DNA of 64,000 bases from Nageia nagi (lineage: Eukaryota; Plantae; Pinophyta). This document shows, piece after piece, positions 54,180-64,000 of this stretch. The DNA lies in NCBI GenBank assembly GCA_050084985.1, contig JBITNC010000002.1, forward strand, positions 11,222,001 to 11,286,000. Direction: 5' to 3'. How positions within the stretch are numbered: the stretch's first letter is position 1; the number at the start of each line of letters is the position of its first letter. A model generated the notes under the pieces. It saw only the letters and a program-made list of their open reading frames with translations. It had not been told where the DNA came from and ran no database searches. A program made the translations under genes and the position numbers.

Positions 54180-55479
54180 CTGAAGACAAATAGTAATTCA
54201 TAAGTGAAAGAAAAGTATCTTGAATTTGATCATGAACCAAAGTTAACAAAAATATAGAGTTTACCATTGGAATAGATTCATACAGCTTCATAGAAAGTAT
54301 CACATTGACATGATAACCCTACAGTCTGAGTGAAGCTCAAGATTTTATCAATTACTACTTGGAAGGAATATAATCTAATTCAACGACCAAATATTTTAGC
54401 AGCATTTCAAGTTGGGGAGAATTAACAACTACCCGACCGCAAGATTTACAAAATAGATATACAAAAAAGAAAATATTTTTTACAGAACTAAATAATAATA
54501 CCAGATATTTTAATAAGTAATACACACAACTAGTGGCAGTTGTATAATACCAATTTTAACTTCGGAATCAGAATTAAAGTGATTCCAAAATGTGATGCAT
54601 CAAAAAAAACATTTGCGTAAATTGCATATCCTCTCATCTTATTTAGGACAGAAAGCTTCTCAAAGCATTATGTGATGATGTAAATTTATTAGTCAGCTTT
54701 CACTTAAGAGAATTACACTTCAGCTACCTATAATTACCCAAAGTGGACCCAGTTGGCATTTAACGCTAACTTAGAGAATTACCTCAAGTAGGCCCAAATT
54801 AGCGTTTAATGCTAACTTAAAGAATTCCACTTAAGTTAGCCTAGAATTACTTAAGTGGGTGCAAATTAGCATGTTTGCATAAATCAAGTAAACCACTTAA
54901 ATAAAGTCATTATAAATAGTTAAAATGCAATTTCAAGTCTCTACAGGTAACCTTCCCCTTCGTTTCACATGAAGATTTTGAGTCATGACCCTTAACATAT
55001 CAAATATTAATTTTTACATAAAACAAAAATAAGTTGAACTTTTAGATACTACCTTTTTGAAGTTGTAACACCATCAACTCCAATAACAAAAAATTACTCA
55101 AAGAAACTTTACTAAAGTATGTGTAATAAACTCTCTTCTACTACAACCGCCTCTCCATGCAATTGTAATTTGTAAGCAAGTCTTTTGTAGTGCAAAGTCA
55201 AGTCTCAATATACAGTATAAGAAATAATAATCATCACATTAAGATGGGTTCAGCGTATGAATGTCACATATATTGATTACTTGATTGGAAACTTCTTAAC
55301 AGCAGAAATGCAAAGCTGCATACAAACATGAGTAAACATAATGCTCAAGTCAAAGCTACAAAGAAAATACTCTACATTGGATGTGGAATTGTTTGTTTTA
55401 TTCTACCAAAAATTCCTAATTTTAATGGGACAGCAGTGTTAAAAGTTTACATTTGGAAAGGTGGATTGTTCCATGACCA

Positions 55480-55670
55480 TCAACAGCCCTGTCTCACACC
55501 ACGCTTACATTTAAGGAACCTACCTACCTGGCTTTGATACCATAGTATGAACTTGCACCAGCTACGAATCAAACCCAGGACTTCATTCATGTAGACTTCT
55601 AGAGGAGACCATGTTTTGTTTTGGACTAATGCATTCCATGCTACATAACCAAAAATATAAATGTTTACCA
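55480..55670 (-). mobile_element. Small LINE RT fragment
   Basis: GRFLKCKRGVRQGC matches the RGVRQG RT motif. Confidence 0.55.
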
Positions 55671-58599
55671 CTGATTATGATGAACAAATAATAGAATGAA
55701 TCTAGATTTCAGCATGCCGCTTGAACTTTGAAATGAAATTGAGCAAAGAGAACCACAACAGACACTTAATGCGCACGCTAATCTAGCTGATGTTGGAATA
55801 TTGTGATCATACCATGCACCAATTTGCCTGAAACACATTTTGTTGCAACATCTCTAACCCTAAAATCAAAAGCTAAAAGTTAAAAACTATACATACATGA
55901 GAAACAAAAGTAAAAAGGAGTGTAGCCATAGTGGTTATGTTACACTTTAGAGTTTACTATACTATTGTTAGTGACAGTTCCTCATATGTATTTCAATTTA
56001 ACATTTGTGTTTGAATGTTTTAATTGAAAACTATATTTTTGTACCAGCAGTAATGGATATAAAGAAAACTCACAACTGCATTTTTGTACAAATGTTTTTA
56101 TTATAGAATGGATATAGTTATGTTGGAGTTTACTGTACTATTGCTAGTGACAGTTCTTAATAATACTATCAAATATGTATTTGACATTTGTGTTTGAATG
56201 TTCTTACTTTTTAATTGAAAACAATATTTTTGTACCCTTCTATACTGTATTTTTGAAAACCTTAAACAGTATTTGTTGTAACAGCAATAATAGATATAAC
56301 AAAAACCTATATTGCACAAAGTTGCAAGGACAGGTACGACCGAGTATCAAGGGACATGTTTCTAGGATGGAGATGAGTGGCATCCCCCTTGGATAATTGT
56401 AATTAATTATAGAATCCAATGGATTCCCCCTTTTCATATAACTAATTATTTAATTGTGCTTTATTAGTTAGTACTTGGAATAGAAGACATAATGGGCCAT
56501 TGGACCCCACAGTGAACCCCAAGTGGGATGTCTCCCTCCCAAGTGTAGTTTAGTATGATTTAATGTACTTTTAGATCCCAAAATATGATTGTGGGAATCC
56601 CAAGACTTATTTAGCACTTAGAGCATGGATAGTCACTTAATGGCCCCAACGTTGAGATTGGGAGCACTTGTACACATGCGCCAACCTTGGGGAGACTCCT
56701 AGACCCCCACATTGAGCCATGACACCCACGCATGCCCCCTAGATACCCACACATGACTCCTTGACCCATGCATGCCTTCTTACACCCATGTTGAGCTTAA
56801 GCACCCACGTGGAGCATTAGGGAGGCCCAGATACCCACGTTGGGCCTAGAATGACCCCTAGGCACCATCATTGGAATTTGAGAGGTTGGGTGATAACTTT
56901 CAGGTGAGATCCAGATCCAGTTTCACCTATATTAGGCCTTGGCGCATCATTGTTGGATATATAGATTATTGATTATTACTCATACTGTCTAGTGGACAGA
57001 AGTCTTAGTGCAGCATCAGGCAACATCCCTAAGTGCAGAATCTAGTAGGGTTAACAGGCTGAGGGATCTTGTTGATCTACGGTTAAGGTGCAACATCTTA
57101 GTCCATCTAGTGGCATTCCGAGGCCGCATTACTACCATTTAGTTGGTCGCCAAGGTTTGGAAAGAGCTCCTTCGATGGAGAGGATTCAGATTCTAGGGAG
57201 TGAGGTTGTCCCATTCAGTGATCCGTCTGTCCAACATTGATCACATTCATTATGCCCTAGTTGGCTCCTTGGAGGCCAACGTTGAGCCTTGTGTGCCTAG
57301 TATTGTATCATTGTCCATTTTGTATCATTAATACAAGTCGTGGGCTATTGGATCTCATGTTTTTTTGTGCACTTGTCCATATTTGCAACATTGTGATGTA
57401 TTTGATAGTTAATGCATGTATGAGCCAGACGTTGGCATTTGTATGTTGATTGAGCTTGTATTTGGTGCCTATTGGGGGCTTTTCCTTTCCTACCCCTGCA
57501 AGTTGGCAAGTAGTATCGCAGGGCTTAGTGGAAAGACTCCAACACCCGAGTGGTAGGGTGTCACCCCTACCCGTTATGAGGATTGTTCACCTCAAAGGTT
57601 AGAAAGTGAAGGGTGCATGGGCTTACTCAGGTGCTTTGGTAGAGATGCTTTCAGCTATTACCAACTCAAATGAAATTTGTTACTCAAGGACTCGAAGGGT
57701 CTCTCTAATCCAGTGAGGTTGTTTCTCGAAGAGAAATAAAAAAATAAAAGGAGTTTGTTAGGAAAGCTGCACAAAAAATGGAAAAATAAAGAAAAGGGGT
57801 TGTTTGTGAAGAGACGGTGATATATGAATGGGGCTCTAGGGCAATGTTCTCACCGATTAGTGTGAATTTCAGAGACTTGACACGCACGGGTTTGTTCTAG
57901 GTTCCATGCATTCCCAATCCGACTTGTCAGGCAACAACAAGAATACCTCAACAAGGGAAGCTTGAAGCTAAAGCGATGGAAAGCTAGGATAGGATGGGGT
58001 AAGACTCAATGATGGAATGAAGTTCCTAGGTTAAACGACATATGCTAGTTCTCTTGGAAGACACTAATCCAAAGTGAAAACTACAAAACGTTACAACTAC
58101 ACACCACTTAGAACGTTTCGTAGGATCTACAAGCACTCTTTTGTCCACCTTTTAGAAGATTTACAAAATGAACCAAACATTCAAGATAGCATAGAGAAAT
58201 AACATACAATGACATCCATAGTCTCAAATAAGAACATGCTCACTTCAATTAATTGAGATTTATATAAAAATTGCAAAAAAAAAAAGGAAACTTGCAAGTT
58301 TGGAAGAATAGTGTAAGTAGTCCAATTTTGCACAAAATGTCTAATCCCTTACAAATGACCCGAAATGGGCTATATATAGTTTTAGAGCAACTCTAAATGT
58401 TGTCCTAACCCTAATTGCAACTTACGAGAAAATAAAATATGATCCAATCAAAATATGCCACATGGCGTTACAAGATATCTTCCAAGTTGGTGGGAGCACA
58501 TCCTCATCCATCACAAATTTGGGAATTATTAACAAATAAATTCAAGTTTCCAATCATAACTATGAAATAAAATAAAATAAAGTATAACAAGTATTGTGA

Positions 58600-61500
58600 C
58601 TAGGCGTTTGGTGGGCCGAATGCCTCTACACACCCCTCAAAGTCGTCATCTAGGAATTTGGCTGTGAGCTCCAATCCATCCAGCATCTCTGATAACCTAG
58701 GCTTGTTCTCAGCCTTGTAGCGCTCCACCTTGTCTACTATCCTCAACATGTCCTTCTCCCATGCATGAGCTTTAAGCAAATGCTCCAAGTGACTACCAGT
58801 CTGGAACGTGTTGATATCTTCAGTCATAATCAAGTTGTGAAGGAAGTGCCTCACTTCTGCCACCACCAGGTCTCTGTCTCGGATGCCTGCATCATCATCA
58901 AGGAACTTTACCTAGAACTCCATTTGCTCAAGGCAAGTGTTTGCTTTGTCATTGAGCTTCTACACATCCTTTTGCACCTCTTGGAATCGAGTGGCAATTT
59001 GATTGACCACACCCAAATAGAACCAATATTCTTTGCAGAACTTCACATCTTCTGGTCTACGATTCTGTGTCATCTCAAACTACATGATCATGTGCCACCT
59101 AGAATCCAGGATTCTGAGAAAACTAGTTCTCTCCAAAATGATATCTTTGAGCTTTTGCTCCTCGAGTGCTACCCTCTCTAGTGCTCTAACAAATCGCTGA
59201 ACTACTGCCAAGACCTCATCTATGTGCTTTTGTTTTATCGCAATCATACCTTCCTTAAGTGGCTTGATCTTCTGGAGTTCTTCGGTGGGTACCTTAGCCA
59301 ACTCCAATTCTTTTGTCAACTTCTTCTATGTAGCTAACTCCTTGAGGCCCTTAATCTCCTTATCTTTCATCATACCATCTTTGGTGATGACCTCAACATT
59401 GGAGATGATTGCATGTTTCCGACCAGCCAAACCGATAGGATCTGTATTAATGATCTAGTTAATCTGCCTAATGTCTTTTGGGCGTTGTGGGTTCTCCTTG
59501 TCAACTATTATAGTCTTAATGTGTATAGCATTATCGGCCAAGTGGACATACATCTAGGATTTTCCTGGACAGGTGGAGCTTTCTCCTACTTGGTCATCCT
59601 TTTTCCTTGCTCCAAATTCTTTTTCGACGTCCATATTGAACACATCAAGGCACTCCTCCATGTTGACACCCCACTCATCCATGGGTGATGGCTGATAAGT
59701 GTCCACAACGACCTCTTGATTGGCAAGAGTGTTCCTCTTTATTCTCTTCGAGGGTCTCTCCTCTTCCTATTCATCATGCTAATCATCTGAAGCTCGTATG
59801 GCCCAATACTGCGAAGTCCTCTTCAATTGAGCCCTCTGTATTATCTCTAAAACTAGTTCTCTGCTTCTCTCTATAGATAGCCCTTACATTGTATGCCTAC
59901 AAGTCTCCTTTAAAATCTCCACAGACACATCTTCTTGTTGCGCATCGAGGATCTCCTCATCCTGGACCATATTCTACTCCTGTTCATCCTCCGATACTCC
60001 AACCTCTCCTTCTTCTTGGTTTTCATTGGGCCTATAAGAGGGACTGGAGGCTACCAACCCAGATGGTGATACAACAGGTGACGTCGCAACTATGGTGGCT
60101 CTAGGTGGTCTAGGTGGTGGAGAAGGATCTTGATGTCTATTTCGCACACACCTTACTACCTTATCTGTGGCTACCTGCTCTAGTTCCCTTGCATCATGCT
60201 CATCCATGGTGGCCTACACTTGCCATACAACTCATTCAACTAGGTTCTTGCCACGCATCGTTGCATACTACCCAACAGGTGTCTTGTTTACAAGAGAAGA
60301 CTAGGTGACCTTGGAAGTACACTCTTGAATTCTTCTTCCTTTGTTCCGTGAGAGTCTCTTGCTAATTGTGGCTTCCACACGGTGTTGCTCATCACTTGCA
60401 TTCTTCTGTACCCTTTCTCTTATCCTCTTGATATCTACCTCATTGCTGATATTCCGGAAAGGTTCCTCGTCTGCAAGTGGCTAATGTTCATAGGGTTTCT
60501 TCCTTTCCTTCATGAAGAATGAGTGCAACCTGTGGTCCGGATCATAGTGGTTGGTGGAAGGCATCTTCTTGAAGTTGAACCTAGCCAACTCTTCTTTCAT
60601 AGCGTCCACATCTGTCCAAAATTTACATTGGTATTCTCCCACAGCGATCGATAGATTTGATGTAGTCGATTTCTTCTGCCACACCTATTCGTGTAAAACA
60701 GTCGATTGCCTCATCATCTCCATTAGCAAAATCCTGTTATTCACGAACCCTGACAATTGATAGGGTTGTACGGATGATCCATTTATACAAATATAAGAGA
60801 AGTGTTGGTGATGGAGGAAGAAATTGCAATGCTTCTTCAAAGCATCTTGGGCAGAATTGGAGATCCGTGCAACTGTGATCTCTCCCTTAAGTTCCTTATA
60901 TATCTCATATTCCCATCCATCGTTTTTCATTGTGAAACTATCCCACCTTCTCTCTAACTTCCACTTGGGATAGCACTTCCAAATGGAGTAAGTTCCTCTT
61001 TCTATCCAAGCCGTCTCACCCTGCACTATAACCCTGTATCTGCCGTGGAGCAACATGTATCCTAGGTATGAATTGAGGTAGAATTTAGGAGTTGTATCAA
61101 TGGATGACAATTGATCGGCTATTGAGTCTCTCAACACCTTGCTCCATTGGATCCTTCTGCCTCTAGCAATCTCAAGAATGAACCCAAAGAACTCCTTCCT
61201 GAATTTTGAAGCATCTTCCTTAAAGAGAACTTTGGATAATAGGAGAATCATTAACTTGACTATCGGGTAGAAGTTGGTGCGAGGAGCATTGATGAGTGCA
61301 TTTCCCTTCAACCCGTGATGTTCTTCGAACATCCAACTCTTAATAGCAATGGATGCCCTGGGAGTCTCTTGGTAGCATGCGAGTGACCTAGCTTCGCTAT
61401 ATTCATAGTCACCCTCGGAAGTCCATTGAAATGCTGCTTTAATAGCTTTAGGGAGAAAATCCATAATGATGTCTCGGAGGATTCTCTCTCCCTTCTGCCA

Positions 61501-61815
61501 ATGGTGACCGACTTCCATGCACAACTCAAGGAATGAAGCTGTGAAAGGGATGAAGGTGCAAGTGGAGAGCTCGGAGAAGAAGACAATGCCTTGCTTTAGG
61601 TCGGTGGAAGGAAGCCCACGAATGCTCTCCCTCATCTGCATGGGGTCTATGTTTTGCCAATCAGTATCTCCGATGGTTGCAAAACCATTCCTCGAGAACC
61701 TGGCCCCTTAGGGAAGGGCTTGTTGTCTCTCAAGAATGGAGATGACACAATCTTGTTTCAACCGCTCGAGGTCCTTAGCAAAATCAAGAGCCGAATTGCC
61801 CTTGAAGGGAGTCAT
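58600..61815 (-). pseudogene. Decayed ~1,070-codon ORF of unknown function inside G2, homologous to the G1 ORF
   Basis: The ATG at 61815 is in frame (one TAA) with the 318-aa ORF 61641-60685, followed by 60684-60481, 60207-, 59319- and 58866-58600. Shared motifs with G1 include IGDT, IMDF...AF.W, FYPIV, KFY(M/L)NSYL, RISN, NHYDPD and DDFE. Confidence 0.82.
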
Positions 61816-62199
61816 GGTATTTTCAATTGCGACGTGGCTCACCAAGGATGCTACATGGGTTTCCAAGTGAGAATAACCCTCACATGATGGTAGCTAACCT
61901 CCCAAATGCTTGCGCAAGCCCTAAGATGCACTAATGAAGATGTTTGGATGCAAAAATCTGCAATTTCCTGCTATTTTGGCGCAAGGGTAGAAGAGCAAGT
62001 TTTAAAATTGGGAAAATGAGGTCCCAAAGCTTGTATTTATAGCCAATTTGTCTCCCACCTTGCCCTAGTTGGCTAGGGTTTCTATCAAACCTCATCATAG
62101 CCCACTATTTGGTCGACCTCGAGATGTGTGCCGATTCGGAAACTCATGCCAAGCCTCTTGTGTCCAGACGTTGGGGTCCAGAAGATCATCCAGGATCGA

Positions 62200-63163
62200 C
62201 ACATGGAAAAAAAAAGATAGAAAGGTGACTTTTTAAACCATGTGCCAGCCCTAGGAGGGAGTATGCTCCCAACGTTGAGTCTTCTGGTCATGTGCTTGTT
62301 TGCTTTGATCTTCCAACTCACCCATTAACCTGATTTCTCTCAATTTTTGGTCTTCTAGTCGGCTGAATTTATCAATTTTGATGCTTCATTTCAAACTAGG
62401 CAACCTGTAGGCTTGGTGCATGCTTTCAAAAAGTCAAGATTGTGACTTTTTGAGGCATGCACCATGCTTGCCTGCCCCTAAAGCTTGGTTGCATGGTTCA
62501 AAAAGACAAGATTTTGTCTTTTTGAAACATGCACTAGCCTCCTATTGGCCTATTTTGCGAATTTTGATCTTCAAATGCTCATGCCTTAGCCGAATTTTCA
62601 TGCTTCTCGAATCCTAAAGGCGTCTTGGGCTTGGCACATGCCTCAAAAAGTCAAGAATTTGTCTTTTGAGGTCATGCACTAGCCCCCCTGTATATGCTTG
62701 AGTTGGTCTTGAGTTCCACAGGTCCATGCCTTGTCAAATTTTCACTTTTTGTCAAACTGAAAGCCCTTCCAAGCTTGGCACATGGTTCAAAAAGAGAAGA
62801 TTTTGTCTTTTTGAGGCATGCGCTAGCCTCTTGGGTGACTTAGATTCTTTTTCTGGCATCAAAACTTGCTCAACTTGTCCTCTTAGCCAAATCACATGGT
62901 TCAAAGAGACAAGATTTTGTCTTTTTGAAGCATGCGCCAACCTCCTGGTGTCTTTGCCTTAGGATTATTGTGCCCTCTTCTCGTCCAGAATGCTTCCTGT
63001 CTCTAGCGCATGCTCAGGAAAGTCAAGGTTTTGTCTCCTGGAGGCATGTGCTAGGTTTGTAAGTGCACAAACTTCATCTTCAAACCTTCCCTCTTGCCTA
63101 GATGGCCCCTTGGCCCAGTCACATGGTTCAAAAAGACAAGATTCTATCTTTTTGAAGCATGCG
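62200..63163. repeat. Array of eight ~44-bp palindromic repeats with variable spacers
   Basis: Consensus CATGGTTCAAAAAGACAAGATTTTGTCTTTTTGAAGCATG, with copies at 62200, 62417, 62490, 62635, 62779, 62893, 63007 and 63120. Confidence 0.9.
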
Positions 63164-64000
63164 CCAACCCTTGGGAATGCCTAGTTTGACTTGATCAGCT
63201 TCCGGCTTGTCTTGGACTTCCTAATTCACCTAGATTCGACTTTTACTCTTCTCGGACTTAGCCATTCTAAGGAATTTGCAATTTCTATTTTATCATGGCT
63301 AACTCTAATGAAGGGAGAGGCTATGAACTATGAGTAGTCCATGAATCAAGGTCTTGGTGACACAACATGGGGGGTGAAGACGACGACAAAACGAAGTATA
63401 TACAAAGGTGTGCTTGACGGTCCCCAAAATCACATGTATTTAAGTCACAACAGTGCCCTAACTCTAACGTTGGCATATTGAGGTGTTTGATGATTGTAAT
63501 TGCCCTTCTAGGCGAGACGGTGGTGCATACTTGTGTGTTTTGTTTTAATTGCACTTTAATTTGTATTTGGGATTCAACAGGACGACGGGATATGGGGGTA
63601 CGTTCCAAGGACATGCACAACAGGATATGTCTAAAATATAATAAATATATATATATAAATATTGTTTTTTTTTTATTTTTAAATATTTTTATGAATTTTT
63701 AATTAATCATTAAAATGCAAATGGTTTGAAATTAATAATTGAATCATAATGAAACCACAATCAACATGAAACAAAAAAATTGTTGTTATGAAATGAAAAT
63801 GTGTCCTTACTTCTATCTAAAGGTAGCCTTGGTTTTTAGTTTTTAGTTTTTTACTTGCAAGTATGTATAAAGTTGTTTTACTGTTCTTTTAGTTTTTAAC
63901 ATTTTATTTCTTACATGTTATTATGACAGTCACAAAACGGTAACAGTCTTCTACTAATCTTTTTTTACTGTAAAATACTAAAAGAACAGTAAAAAAATAG

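Larger units (their letters stand above)
57470..63452 (-). mobile_element. Giant ORF-bearing TG..CA element G2 (5,983 bp), probable giant solo LTR
   Basis: The minus strand starts TGTTGTG and ends CCCAATA (one transition from CCCAACA). Perfect TSD GTGCC (57465-57469 / 63453-63457), and the empty-site sequence can be read from family B copy 1. Confidence 0.88.
56357..63579 (+). mobile_element. Solo LTR, family B copy 3 (~1,235 bp net), split by element G2
   Basis: TG...CA ends and TSD GGACA / GGACG. Segments 56357-57469 and 63453-63579 rejoin across the GTGCC TSD to give the inverted homologue of 10014-11381. Confidence 0.85.

Noticed and set aside
62200-63163. CRISPR array
   Set aside because: The context is eukaryotic and inside a TE, with no cas genes. 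The repeats are degenerate and the spacing irregular (73-217 bp). Kept as a palindromic array instead.
10014-63579. Orientation bias of intronic TEs relative to the host gene
   Set aside because: Family B copies and G1/G2 occur in both orientations and the sample is too small.
54180-64000. 5' exons of the esterase (GDS block I, RGYxGxN block II)
   Set aside because: No matching peptide was found by eye. They probably lie beyond the window end.

Overview
AT-rich plant nuclear DNA, inferred to be gymnosperm/conifer-like from the very long TE-filled introns and the repeat families present. The only intact host coding sequence I can support is the last four coding exons of a minus-strand SGNH/GDSL esterase (IAH1/CPRD49-like): 54179-54039, 52873-52797, 32529-32365 and 6604-6406. 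The introns between them are 1,165, 20,267 and 25,760 bp, and the 5' exons were not found in the window. The introns hold nested TEs, most with readable termini and target-site duplications (TSDs): three ~1.2-1.4 kb solo LTRs of one family, a Copia element that contains a hAT that in turn contains a solo LTR and a second hAT, RTE LINE relics, hAT- and Mutator-type MITEs, a Gypsy LTR+gag and a PPR pseudogene. Two things stand out. (1) Two diverged, homologous 6-8 kb elements (13055-20987 +, 57470-63452 -) have TGTTG...CAACA-type ends and perfect 5-bp TSDs, but no gag/pol/transposase and no internal LTR pair. Each carries an array of dyad-symmetric repeats, a TATA box and one ~1,070-codon decayed ORF of unknown function. 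They look like giant solo LTRs with a whole gene and an operator-like array in U3. (2) An LTR element has a Gag zinc knuckle running in frame into an OTU deubiquitinase-like domain. All coordinates were read by eye and no database searches were run.
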